A DNA stretch of 20,000 nucleotides from an uncultured virus (IMG/VR IMGVR_UViG_3300043468_000476) (lineage: Duplodnaviria > Heunggongvirae > Uroviricota > Caudoviricetes), in the IMG/VR virus record IMGVR_UViG_3300043468_000476. One strand, 5' to 3'. How positions within the stretch are numbered: position 1 is the first letter of the stretch; every line of letters begins with the position of its first letter. Made by a program: the position numbers and the translations under genes. The notes below the pieces were generated by a model that worked only from the letters and a program-made list of their open reading frames with translations, had not been told where the DNA came from and made no database searches. This document shows positions 1 to 8,523 of the stretch, piece after piece.

Positions 1-1
1 T

Positions 2-478
2 GGTATATCTATTGTTACCACAGACATCAATAGATATGGTATCGGCCCAACACAGAAACAACCATTCAGCGCTCAGTTCCAAGAAATTAATATTTCCGTT
101 CTGGGCGATCATTATTGTGAATTTTGGCAGTACTGGTATCAATGGACTAGAGCTGTGTTTCAGTTTAACGGTTCAACAGCTGGAAATTGGGCTCCAAACT
201 ATACGGCTGAGTATAAAGAAAATTATTCTTCTACCATAATCATATTCATATACGACCATTATGGTAACATCATCCAAAAAATAAACCTTTTCGAAGCCTT
301 TCCAACAGCTATTAGAGAATTTCCTCTTTCTTGGGGGGATTCGAATCTCATGAAGATTAACGTACAAATAGCTTACACTGAATACACAATAGAAAATTCG
401 ACTTTAGAGAAATCTAATCTAGAAGATAAAAACAGATCAGTAATGACAGGCTATACAAGAGAAACAATATCAAGTTAA
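2..478 (+). CDS. Baseplate tail-tube initiator / tail-tube-fold protein (gp54-like), 5'-truncated
   Basis: The frame is open from base 2 (GISIVTTDINRYGIGPTQKQPFSAQFQEINISVLGD...FEAFPTAIREFPLSWGDSNLMKINVQIAY), a gp19/gp54-type pattern. It lies directly upstream of gp26. Confidence 0.65.
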   Translation, partial: GISIVTTDINRYGIGPTQKQPFSAQFQEINISVLGDHYCEFWQYWYQWTRAVFQFNGSTAGNWAPNYTAEYKENYSSTIIIFIYDHYGNIIQKINLFEAFPTAIREFPLSWGDSNLMKINVQIAYTEYTIENSTLEKSNLEDKNRSVMTGYTRETISS

Positions 479-494
479 TTATGGAGTTTAAATA

Positions 495-1208
495 ATGTCT
501 AAGTTACCTAAGATTGATTACCCAGTTTATAAAATTAATATACCTTCTTTGAAAAAAGACTATCAATTTAGACCGTTTTTGGTCAAAGAAGAAAAACTAT
601 TGTTGATGGCTAAAGAAAGCGAAAACCCAGCGGACGTGCTTTCGGCTATTAAACAAATCGTAAACAACTGCTCTATTGATTCCAAGTTGGATATTAGCAA
701 ACTGGCTCTGTTTGATATTGAGTATATTTTCCTTAGATTAAGAGCTATCTCTGTTGATAATGTTATTAAAGCATCATACAAAGATTCAGAAGATAATAAA
801 GTATACGATTTTGAAATTAATCTTGACGATGTTAAGGTCAAGTATCCAGAGAACCTTGATAACAATATTAAAATTACGCCTAAGTCTGGCGTTATAATGA
901 AATATCCTTCCGCTGCATTATATGATGATGCAGACTTTTTGGCCTTAGACAAAGATTATATGTTTGAGTTGATTCTTCGTTGTATAGATTCTATCTATTT
1001 TGAAGAGCAGATTTTCGAGGCCAAAGATTATAAGAAGGAAGAACTGAACGAATTCTTAGAAAACCTTAATATCAAGGTGTTCGAAAAGATCCAGGAATTC
1101 CTGTTGAATGTCCCTAAGATGGAATACAAGATTTTATATCAAAACGATCTGGGTCATGACAGAGAAATAGTTCTGACTTCGTTAAACGATTTTTTTACGT
1201 GGCGCTGA
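495..1208 (+). CDS. gp26: T4-like baseplate hub subunit gp26
   Basis: LPKI-x-P-x-Y start, FRPFLVKEEKLLL, FDIEYIFLRLRAISV, MKYP and a C-terminal L-x-DFF; SD GGAG upstream. Confidence 0.9.
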   Translation: MSKLPKIDYPVYKINIPSLKKDYQFRPFLVKEEKLLLMAKESENPADVLSAIKQIVNNCSIDSKLDISKLALFDIEYIFLRLRAISVDNVIKASYKDSEDNKVYDFEINLDDVKVKYPENLDNNIKITPKSGVIMKYPSAALYDDADFLALDKDYMFELILRCIDSIYFEEQIFEAKDYKKEELNEFLENLNIKVFEKIQEFLLNVPKMEYKILYQNDLGHDREIVLTSLNDFFTWR

Positions 1209-1384
1209 GCCATACTGATCTGGGTAATTATTACTCTACTATATTTTCGTTGGTTCAGCACCATAAATATTCAATATCTGATGTAGAAAATCTTATACCA
1301 TTTGAACGAGATATCTATGTGCAAATGTTGGTGAATTATATCAAAGAAGTAGAAGAAGCAAAAAGACAACAAGCAAATAGGTAA
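1199..1384 (+). CDS. gp51: T4-like baseplate hub assembly catalyst gp51
   Basis: NYY-x-TIFSLVQHHKYSISDVENLIPFERDIYV motif; follows gp26. Confidence 0.88.
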   Translation: MALSHTDLGNYYSTIFSLVQHHKYSISDVENLIPFERDIYVQMLVNYIKEVEEAKRQQANR

Positions 1385-1387
1385 GAA

Positions 1388-3406
1388 ATGGCAACGGCAG
1401 AATTAGCAGAAGTATCCAGAAGTATAAGATCAGCAATGGGAGAATCTGCTGGTCAATTCAGACAAGCTGCAAACGCTTCAGCAGCCAATCTTTCTAAAAT
1501 AGTCAAAGATATTGCTACTACTTTTTCTGCACAAAGAAAAGATATTAACGACCTTCACAATAGTATTCAGGAAGGTCAATATGCTACAGAACAAACTAAT
1601 GATAAGATAGATGGCCTAATCAGAATATTCCAAGAAACGGCCAGTATCCAAACAACTATGCAAGGTTATCTAAGCGATATTTCTAAAAACATTAGAATAT
1701 TGAATAGAAACGTTGAAAGTATGAATACCAACCTTTCCAATAATTTGGTTGGATCTGGCACTGGTAATATTCTTAGTTCTCTTACTACTGGTTTAGGAAG
1801 CGTTGTTGAAAAAATCGGTGCCGCTGCAGTTGGTGGAGCAGTAGGTTATGTCGCTGGCGGCATGGGTGGCGGTGGTGGTGGAGCCACGGCAATGCAACCA
1901 AATGGTAGTTCCTCTGAAGCTATGTCATTTTTCCAGTCAAAAGGTTGGTCAAAAGAACAGTCAGCTGGTATTGTTGGCAATCTTCAAGTGGAATCTGAGA
2001 ATTTTTCTTCTGCTGTAATAAGCGGAAAGAAAAAGGGCGATGGAGGCACAGCTGTTGGTATAGCACAATGGCATCCTGATAGGCAGGCAAGATTCCAACA
2101 AATAATGGGAAAACCATTAATTGGTTCTACATTCCAAGACCAACTTGCTTTCGTTGACTGGGAATTAAAAAATAGTGAAGCCAAAGCAGGCAATATTCTT
2201 AAAATGGCTAAATCTGCAGCTGATGCTGCTGCAAAGGTTGACGAATTTTATGAAAGATCTTCTGGCGAACATAGATCAAAAAGAATAGCTAATGCAGAAA
2301 GACTAACAAGTTCTAAAGGCGGCGAAACTGCTACGCCAGTAACATCTGCAGCAACTACACCCTCAACAACGCCAACTGCTACACCAGTTTCTAAGCCAGA
2401 AGCTGTACCTTCTGCTACTTCCCCAAGAACTGAAACAATTGGTAAAGAAGGCGGCCATGGCCCTATCAGTGGTGCTATGCATGAAGGACAAGCTCACGGA
2501 GAAAAAGTAGAAACTTCTGCTGCATTACCTTCTGGTGATATTGTTGCTCTTGGCCATGCTCTAGAAAAAATGGGAATGAGAATTTCTGAACATCCTTCTT
2601 TTGGTGGCGTCGCAGGAGTTCATAAAGGTAGAGCCCATTATGAAGGAAGAGCGATTGATATTAATATTGGTAAGGGTAATACAGAAGCGACAAATCCTGT
2701 TCTCGGAGCAAAGTTTGATCATCTAGCTGATCAATTAACTAGACTCGGTTATAAGGTTTTCTGGAGAGAATCTGGGCCATATGGCGCTGCTGGTCATAAT
2801 GACCATCTACATGCTGAGCTCAGAAAAGGTGGCGCTCCAGCAGTTCCAGACACATATCAAATGGCAGGAACGCCAGAACAAAGAGCTGCACAGGGAGCAA
2901 CTCCTTATGCAGCTACTCCATCAACAACTGCTCCTTCTGCAGCACCAATGGCTGCTCCTGTAGCAGAACCAATACAGCAAGCGCCAATGACTACTGGTAT
3001 GATGGGCGCTCCAATGGGTGGGGACATGACAGGACAGCTTATGGGAATGTTAGGCGGCTTTATACCTGGAGGGTTTGGTGGGATGATTGGAGGACTACTT
3101 CCAATGATAGCTTCAGCGATCTCTGCAGAATTAACTCCTTCTCCTTCTATGGCTTCTATGAATGCTAGAACTGTAAGTCAGGCGGCTGTTCAGTCACAGG
3201 CAATGGAAGAATCTGCACAACAACAGACTGTAACTCCTACTAATACTCCTTCTATGACTGGAGGGGCAAGTCCAATGTCTGCTGCTGATAATTCAGGATA
3301 CGCTTATAATACACCAGATGATATTGGTTGGCCAGATTGGGCTGCTATGATTGGCGGTAATCATTGGGAAGAAATGAAACACTATAAGAAGAATATGTGG
3401 GGATAA
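1388..3406 (+). CDS. Tail/baseplate-associated protein with a phage tail lysozyme domain and a putative M15/DD-peptidase-like domain
   Basis: N-terminal helical/coiled-coil region. Lysozyme-like segment SAGIVGNLQVES...GIAQW...QLAFVDWEL...YERS (~1915-2310). HYEGRAID...HNDHLH (~2545-2825). Ala/Thr/Pro and Gly/Met-rich linkers. Confidence 0.75.
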   Translation: MATAELAEVSRSIRSAMGESAGQFRQAANASAANLSKIVKDIATTFSAQRKDINDLHNSIQEGQYATEQTNDKIDGLIRIFQETASIQTTMQGYLSDISKNIRILNRNVESMNTNLSNNLVGSGTGNILSSLTTGLGSVVEKIGAAAVGGAVGYVAGGMGGGGGGATAMQPNGSSSEAMSFFQSKGWSKEQSAGIVGNLQVESENFSSAVISGKKKGDGGTAVGIAQWHPDRQARFQQIMGKPLIGSTFQDQLAFVDWELKNSEAKAGNILKMAKSAADAAAKVDEFYERSSGEHRSKRIANAERLTSSKGGETATPVTSAATTPSTTPTATPVSKPEAVPSATSPRTETIGKEGGHGPISGAMHEGQAHGEKVETSAALPSGDIVALGHALEKMGMRISEHPSFGGVAGVHKGRAHYEGRAIDINIGKGNTEATNPVLGAKFDHLADQLTRLGYKVFWRESGPYGAAGHNDHLHAELRKGGAPAVPDTYQMAGTPEQRAAQGATPYAATPSTTAPSAAPMAAPVAEPIQQAPMTTGMMGAPMGGDMTGQLMGMLGGFIPGGFGGMIGGLLPMIASAISAELTPSPSMASMNARTVSQAAVQSQAMEESAQQQTVTPTNTPSMTGGASPMSAADNSGYAYNTPDDIGWPDWAAMIGGNHWEEMKHYKKNMWG

Positions 3407-3407
3407 T

Positions 3408-3435
3408 AAAAAGGGAGCCAAGCTCCCTTTCTTTT
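3408..3435. terminator. Bidirectional rho-independent terminator
   Basis: AAAAA-GGGAGC-CAA-GCTCCC-TTTCTTTT between convergent genes. Confidence 0.85.
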
Positions 3436-4342
3436 AGTCGTTAGCTAGTTTCTTAAAGAACTTAATTGTCTCATCTTCATCTTCATCATCACCAGAATAC
3501 TTCGGCGCATGAGTTGCCTTGAATGATGGAGCAGTTGATTCCTCAGCATCATCCCATGGAACTTCAGTATTTTCTGCCTTAGCACGCTTGGCCGGAGCAG
3601 AGTCTTCAGCAAGAACCTTTGCTAGTCGAGCACGTAGTTCTTCTTCTGACTTGAAGTTAGATGGAGCAAGAAATTCCTGAAGAGAATGTTCGCTCTTCCA
3701 AACCTTTTCTAGCTCTTCATCGTCCTTTAGTAGTGGACCTGGCTTATCAAACTCTGACTTATCATAATTACGATAACCTTCAAGATTACGAATCTTTAGC
3801 TTGAATGAAGCGCCAGCCCACATATCGAATGGATTGATTGCTTCCTCGTCAGCAAACTGTGGTTCCATTGCTTCCTTCAGCTTGTCGAAAATCTTCTTTC
3901 CGTACTTGTAAAGGAAAACTTTACCTTCGTTTGCAGGATTACCCTGATCGCTGACAACGTAGATATTGCTGATGAAGTGAAGACGACGCTTCTGCTTACG
4001 AGCAATTTCCTTATTGGCTTCAATACCAGAGTTCCATAGCTTAGAGTTATACTCTGAAACTGGATCGTTCTTACCAATAGTTGTCAGGGAGTTTTCAATA
4101 TACCAACCACCTGGACCCTGGAAACCATGATCGAAGATACGAACGAAAGGAACGTCTTCATTCTGTGGCGGAGGAAGGAAACGAATAACAGCATAACCAT
4201 TACCAGCCTTATCGACTGTTGGCGACCAGAAACGATCGTCGGAACCTTTTCCTTCGCCGCCTGATAGCTTATTGAGTTCTGATGTTAGGGATTCGAGAGA
4301 CTTCTTACCTGAAGCTGCTTTGAGGGACTTAAAATCTACCAT
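3434..4342 (-). CDS. gp32: Single-stranded DNA-binding protein gp32
   Basis: DDRFW, DKAGNGYAVIRFLP, YIENSLTTIG, NEGKVFLYKYGKKIFDK, GYRNYDKSEF and an acidic tail. Start moved to ATG 4342 because of SD GGAG at 4350-4353. Confidence 0.96.
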   Translation of the reverse strand: MVDFKSLKAASGKKSLESLTSELNKLSGGEGKGSDDRFWSPTVDKAGNGYAVIRFLPPPQNEDVPFVRIFDHGFQGPGGWYIENSLTTIGKNDPVSEYNSKLWNSGIEANKEIARKQKRRLHFISNIYVVSDQGNPANEGKVFLYKYGKKIFDKLKEAMEPQFADEEAINPFDMWAGASFKLKIRNLEGYRNYDKSEFDKPGPLLKDDEELEKVWKSEHSLQEFLAPSNFKSEEELRARLAKVLAEDSAPAKRAKAENTEVPWDDAEESTAPSFKATHAPKYSGDDEDEDETIKFFKKLAND

Positions 4343-4402
4343 GTATAATCTCCGTATTACAGTGTATAACAATTGTATGAATGGCATTTGTATCGCCATC
4401 AT

Positions 4403-4436
4403 TATTTATATTACTCCATATCGCTCATAATGTCAA
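4403..4436 (-). promoter_or_regulatory. Composite gp32 promoter: sigma70-type overlapping a T4 late box
   Basis: TTGACA(4436-4431)-N17-TAATAT(4413-4408) overlaps TATAAATA (4410-4403). Confidence 0.75.
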
Positions 4437-4977
4437 GCATTATTTGCTTCACCTTCTCATAATCGCATTTTATAAATGGAGTATACTTCACAACCTTCAA
4501 TCGGACGTCATCCCATATCGGGTCATATTCCAGTTTAGAGTCCCACTGTTCTAATGCTTTTGTCATTTTAACAAAAATACAAAGGGACTCTAAGCTGATC
4601 TGGTTACCAAGATATAACCTCAGGGCAGCTGGGTGTTGCTGCCCTTTTGGTTCTTGTAGAATTTTCTTGAAGTCGTTTTTGAAATTATATGTAAGAGACT
4701 GATTACGTTTCTTCCAGTTCTGATAAACTACTTGAGCAGTCTCTGAATATGCGAGATCACGGATCCATAGTTTTGGATCAACAATAAAATTAGCAATGAG
4801 AAACTCGCATACATTTTCAATTTTAGATAATTTCTCAAAGAACACCTTATCCTTACGCTTATCAAACGATGCGTGCTTTAATCCGGTTTTTCCGTTGTAT
4901 TTGATATAGTCGTAATCGGTTTTGGTAAAGTGATTTTTGAGGGCAACGTACTCTTTATATGCTTCGAACGCCGACAT
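4411..4977 (-). CDS. gp59: Helicase loader gp59
   Basis: Y-x-x-YVALKNHF-x-x-x-x-YDYIKYNGK, F-x-KRKDK-x-FF, ISLES, KYTPF; adjacent to gp32. Confidence 0.92.
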   Translation of the reverse strand: MSAFEAYKEYVALKNHFTKTDYDYIKYNGKTGLKHASFDKRKDKVFFEKLSKIENVCEFLIANFIVDPKLWIRDLAYSETAQVVYQNWKKRNQSLTYNFKNDFKKILQEPKGQQHPAALRLYLGNQISLESLCIFVKMTKALEQWDSKLEYDPIWDDVRLKVVKYTPFIKCDYEKVKQIMLDIMSDME

Positions 4978-5447
4978 AATTCCTCAGGTTCTCCATACTG
5001 TAGATAAGTCAAAAATTTGAAGTAAAGACCTTTTTCTCGGCCATACGCTTCAATTTCCCATGGACATTCCCAATAGTCCATTTCTTCGTGCAAATATCTT
5101 TCGCCTTGCCATTTAACCATCCGCACTGGACGCCAAATGTCTTTCATTTCGCCTTTGGCGTATTGTTTAAGATGGACCATCTCGTGAGCAAGAGCAAGCA
5201 GGGTTTCCTTCTTGCTGAGAGCACGATCAATACCTATTAAAAACTCTCTACAACTATCGTTACCGTCTGTCCAATCGCAGTATGCGTAATCACCATCATC
5301 GTTAGTAACTTTTTCAAACTGGATAGTCAAATGGATATTATTAAAGAGTTTTCCGCCTCCGATCAGATATTTACCATAAAAATATGCCGCTTTTTTGATT
5401 ATTTTCGAAGATACGTGCGATGGTCGACCTATTGTTTTTATACGCAT
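4878..5447 (-). CDS. Putative zinc metallopeptidase (HExxH)
   Basis: LAHEMVHLKQY...PWEIEAY. Start ATG 5447 follows SD GGAGG. The C-terminal end overlaps gp59 by 100 nt. Confidence 0.7.
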   Translation of the reverse strand: MRIKTIGRPSHVSSKIIKKAAYFYGKYLIGGGKLFNNIHLTIQFEKVTNDDGDYAYCDWTDGNDSCREFLIGIDRALSKKETLLALAHEMVHLKQYAKGEMKDIWRPVRMVKWQGERYLHEEMDYWECPWEIEAYGREKGLYFKFLTYLQYGEPEELCRRSKHIKSTLPSKITLPKPITTISNTTEKPD

Positions 5448-5475
5448 AAACGCCTCCAACAATGGTTGAACCTAA

Positions 5476-5483
5476 TATTTATA
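5476..5483 (-). promoter_or_regulatory. T4 late promoter TATAAATA
   Basis: Exact consensus overlapping the gp33 stop codon, upstream of the HExxH gene and gp59. Confidence 0.7.
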
Positions 5484-5697
5484 TGGGAAGTCTGGCTCCA
5501 CGTTTGAGGATATTGAGATTTTCAGCCTCTACTTGGATCTTGGACTTCATAACTGGGTCTTTTTTGATCCAGTATGCAGCCGTTTCCACTTCCAGGTTGT
5601 TTTTCTGACACCAGAAAACGATGGCATCAATATATTCGATGTTCTTTTCTCGACAGAGTTTTTCTACTTCTTCTACGAAGCCTGAATTTTTAAGCAT
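5479..5697 (-). CDS. gp33: Late transcription coactivator gp33
   Basis: F-x-x-EVE...YIDAIV-x-WC-x-x-N-x-LEVE...K-x-KI-x-x-EA-x-x-LN-x-L...LPI; gp33-gp59-gp32 synteny. Confidence 0.88.
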   Translation of the reverse strand: MLKNSGFVEEVEKLCREKNIEYIDAIVFWCQKNNLEVETAAYWIKKDPVMKSKIQVEAENLNILKRGARLPI

Positions 5698-5855
5698 TCT
5701 TTTTCATGTTCCTTCAGTTCTTCAATTCTCTTCTTAAGGAAAACCATGACTTCTTCGTTATTCACCCTCACACACTTTAATCGGTTCAGTTCCATTTCAA
5801 GAGCCCACTTTATAGTGGAAGCATGCGAGTAAGAATATGAAGATTTTGACGTCAT
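5673..5855 (-). CDS. Hypothetical protein
   Basis: ATGA overlap with the upstream oxygenase gene. Confidence 0.55.
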   Translation of the reverse strand: MTSKSSYSYSHASTIKWALEMELNRLKCVRVNNEEVMVFLKKRIEELKEHEKECLKIQAS

Positions 5856-6340
5856 GAGTTTGTTCCTTTACTTAAATCGATGTTCCACCAAAAAATGATA
5901 GAATATCTGTTAGACTTTTGTACGGGGTCAATACCATGATATACTTCTTGACCGTTGAACAGCGTTAATCTTCCAGGTTTTGGCTGGATGATTATGTCGT
6001 CAGTAAAGAATTTTCCACTTTCGAAATCGTCGTTCAGATATAACATACTGTTGAAATTAGCATCACCAGCCCTAGGATCATCATGAATATGTCTGACAGT
6101 ATAACTGTCGACAGGCCATATCTGTAACTGAGTCCATCGGTGGTTTAATTTATATCTGATTTTTGATTCTAGATAATCTTGTACCTCTTGAATAAGAGGA
6201 TCATCCAAATCTATGAGCCTTGTAGCAAAACTCATAGGATTCATTCCTAATGCAAGCCTTTCGTCGTATGTTGTTTGAATATACTTACAATAATTCTCAC
6301 AACGTTCTTTAGATATTACATTATCAAAAATGAATATCAT
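5852..6340 (-). CDS. 2OG-Fe(II) oxygenase (prolyl-4-hydroxylase-like)
   Basis: H-x-D (HDD), SMLYLNDDFESG, YHGI, RYSI. Confidence 0.85.
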   Translation of the reverse strand: MIFIFDNVISKERCENYCKYIQTTYDERLALGMNPMSFATRLIDLDDPLIQEVQDYLESKIRYKLNHRWTQLQIWPVDSYTVRHIHDDPRAGDANFNSMLYLNDDFESGKFFTDDIIIQPKPGRLTLFNGQEVYHGIDPVQKSNRYSIIFWWNIDLSKGTNS

Positions 6341-6735
6341 TTAATCGTGATCGTAGTTGGAACGCCTCTAGTCATACTGTAAAGAGTAGCAGCATTGCTT
6401 GGAGAAAGGCGAACGCAGCCGTGAGAAGCGGGTCGACCCAAAGCACCAACATGAGGAGTAGCGTGAATTGCATAACCACCGCTAAAAAAGATAGAATGAG
6501 GCATCGGGGCATTGTCGAACTTCTTTGAGTAGTGCATTAGTTGATAAGAATAAGGATGGAAAGTTCCTGATGGTGTTACGTAGCCTCTACGTGCGGTAGA
6601 AACTGGCCACTGTTCGATTAACTCTCCATCTTCATAAACTGTCATTGTCTGATTACGTTTAGAAACTACCACATCATAATCTGCTAGAGCAGAAGTTGAG
6701 AATAGAACTGCTGCAGCAATCAATAGTTTATTCAC
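6337..6735 (-). CDS. L,D-transpeptidase (YkuD family) with signal peptide
   Basis: WPVST, TP-x-G-x-F, MP-x-SIFF, YAIHA and catalytic SHGCVRL; signal peptide MNKLLIAAAVLFSTSALA. Confidence 0.93.
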   Translation of the reverse strand: MNKLLIAAAVLFSTSALADYDVVVSKRNQTMTVYEDGELIEQWPVSTARRGYVTPSGTFHPYSYQLMHYSKKFDNAPMPHSIFFSGGYAIHATPHVGALGRPASHGCVRLSPSNAATLYSMTRGVPTTITIK

Positions 6736-6938
6736 GATACATACCCCAAGATAGCGCCGACGGGACCAACGAAAACACCAATACAGCGAAGAATAAACTT
6801 AGCTGTTACAGGATTATCGATCGTGTTCCAGATAGCAATAATATTCATAACCCAACCTACGGCAAAAACGAGCCAGATTGCGATTAGCGTAAGATAATAA
6901 CCTGTACCGTATTCTTTGTGCCCATGATAAAGCGCCAT
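6732..6938 (-). CDS. Small membrane protein
   Basis: Two hydrophobic segments; SD GGAG. Confidence 0.7.
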   Translation of the reverse strand: MALYHGHKEYGTGYYLTLIAIWLVFAVGWVMNIIAIWNTIDNPVTAKFILRCIGVFVGPVGAILGYVS

Positions 6939-6952
6939 AATATATACTCCAG

Positions 6953-7060
6953 TTAGCGACCTGACTGTTTACGCCAAATCCATGATGATAGGTCTAGTAG
7001 TGATTGTTGGAATTTGTTAACGACAAAACTGTTCCAGAACCAGTGATTGTTTCTTGACAT
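6953..7060 (-). CDS. Hypothetical 35-aa protein (MSRNNHWFWNSF...)
   Basis: Translated by hand; SD AAGGT; fills the gap between genes. Confidence 0.55.
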   Translation of the reverse strand: MSRNNHWFWNSFVVNKFQQSLLDLSSWIWRKQSGR

Positions 7061-7070
7061 CTGAACACCT

Positions 7071-7628
7071 TTATTTTGTGAAAACTAGATTGATCACCAT
7101 TCTCAATTCATGAGAAGATGGAGGAGTGCTAGCATGCAATAACATAGAATCAAAGGCAATTAACCTATTTCTCATAGGTTTAATTTTTTGTTTTATTGTC
7201 AATTCATGCTTATTTATCGGTTCTTTTTCTTCGAATATTACAGTGCACCCATCGCTGTCATTAACATAATATAATAATGACTCTGCGTCAACTTCTTTCG
7301 TATGGTCGGCGTGAGGAAGATTGTAAACGCCAACAGGCCAATCAGAATGCCTGTAAATCAGATTAGCCTTGGCTCTTACTAACTTTTCAGTAGATCTACC
7401 AGAGGCTTCGATGATTGGTTGAATTAATGGATAATAACCTGAATTAATATTATCATGTAAAAAGAATACATGAGTAAATTGACTGCAATCTCGAGTCTTA
7501 TCAGTGGTGTATTGTTTTGAGTGTGTGGTGAAGTCGCTGTAATACCAAGGGAAGTCGCTTCCGGATAATGTTTGTTCTAGATCATCGCTAATAGCTTTGT
7601 CTAGAAAATTGTCAATAATTTCCATCAC
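7071..7628 (-). CDS. 2OG-Fe(II) oxygenase (FPWY-type paralog 1)
   Basis: FPWY, PHAD, LYYVNDSDG, HASTPP, RMVIN. Confidence 0.82.
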   Translation of the reverse strand: MMEIIDNFLDKAISDDLEQTLSGSDFPWYYSDFTTHSKQYTTDKTRDCSQFTHVFFLHDNINSGYYPLIQPIIEASGRSTEKLVRAKANLIYRHSDWPVGVYNLPHADHTKEVDAESLLYYVNDSDGCTVIFEEKEPINKHELTIKQKIKPMRNRLIAFDSMLLHASTPPSSHELRMVINLVFTK

Positions 7629-7640
7629 AACCTCGAGAAA

Positions 7641-7717
7641 TGGCGGTCCCCGAAGGATTCGAACCCTCGACCCACGGAGTAGAAATCCGTTGCTCTATCC
7701 AGCTGAGCTAGGGGACC
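7641..7717 (-). tRNA. tRNA-Arg(UCU)
   Basis: Complete cloverleaf: acceptor GGTCCCC/GGGGACC, D-stem GCTC/GAGC, anticodon stem ACGGA/TCCGT with TCT, TTCGAAT loop, encoded CCA. Confidence 0.97.
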
Positions 7718-7726
7718 ATTATTAGT

Positions 7727-7755
7727 ATTATACTACATATTTCACGAAAAGTCAA
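7727..7755 (-). promoter_or_regulatory. Sigma70-type promoter for the tRNA
   Basis: TTGACT-N17-TATAAT, 10 nt upstream of the tRNA 5' end. Confidence 0.85.
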
Positions 7756-8503
7756 ATGGACATTTCTTTTCACGCTTTTCGTTTCGACGTAGTAAAGAAA
7801 AAGTCTTTCTCCATCCATATATACTGGTACTAGGAGTTAGGCTCTTTTGATTCATCTCTTGATCGCTAATTAGATGATTATGTATCTTAACCTTCTTTTC
7901 AGTCAATGGAACGAATTGCATAAGAGCTTCGCCCATGGGGATCTTCATCAAATACTGTTCGCCCTGTTTTGCTTTCTTAAAAGCCATAAACACATTAGTG
8001 AACGAAACATCATGAAAAGTAATAGACCCAGGAATAATACGAGCATCGATGTTTTCTAAAGACCATTCAGTCCCAAAACAAATAAATGGAACACGCTCTT
8101 TGGTGGTGATCAGCCAAGGACTAGTCAACTTGAACATATGATAATCTATAAAACCAGGATTAAACATACTATCCGGAGGAATCTTTGGCTCTGGGCCAGT
8201 CGTATAGTTGTAAGAGAAAGTTTCGTTTCTTACATCAATAGCAAAATCAGCCCAAGACTCTAGAATGAATCCACGTTTATATAAGTCCAAGAATCCAATA
8301 CAAGATCTAACGCTTCTGAAAGAATTATTGTAAATGTTTCCTAACGGATTATATGCATACTCATGACGAGTCTTAGGAACATTATCCATCCATTCGGGTT
8401 TAGCTTTATAAGAATTAACAATTGGCGTTGTCTTATAAACACTAGTATTAGATGTGAAACAATCAACATCTAAAACAGAACTTCTATGAAAAAATGAAAA
8501 CAT
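7742..8503 (-). CDS. Hypothetical protein
   Basis: 253-aa ORF; ATG 8503 follows SD GGAG; C-x-GF-x-DL, KLTSPW, IPG and a KCPF terminus. Confidence 0.75.
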   Translation of the reverse strand: MFSFFHRSSVLDVDCFTSNTSVYKTTPIVNSYKAKPEWMDNVPKTRHEYAYNPLGNIYNNSFRSVRSCIGFLDLYKRGFILESWADFAIDVRNETFSYNYTTGPEPKIPPDSMFNPGFIDYHMFKLTSPWLITTKERVPFICFGTEWSLENIDARIIPGSITFHDVSFTNVFMAFKKAKQGEQYLMKIPMGEALMQFVPLTEKKVKIHNHLISDQEMNQKSLTPSTSIYGWRKTFSLLRRNEKREKKCPFDFS

Positions 8504-8523
8504 AATATACTCCAATTAGAAAA

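Noticed and set aside
12..239. 75-aa + ORF
   Set aside because: Off-frame to the gp54-like gene, which is open from base 2.
1262..1269. CATAAATA late-promoter variant inside gp51
   Set aside because: Equally explained by the conserved His-Lys-Tyr codons; cannot be supported from sequence alone.
2320..3300. Tandem repeats or CRISPR-like array
   Set aside because: Only low-complexity coding linkers; no repeat-spacer periodicity was seen anywhere in the window.
4362..4400. T4-type pseudoknot in the gp32 leader
   Set aside because: The second stem would be only ACAA/TTGT plus a bulge, too weak to assert.
4343..4402. 20-aa N-terminal extension of gp32
   Set aside because: The upstream ATG abuts the late promoter and has no SD; a good SD precedes 4342.
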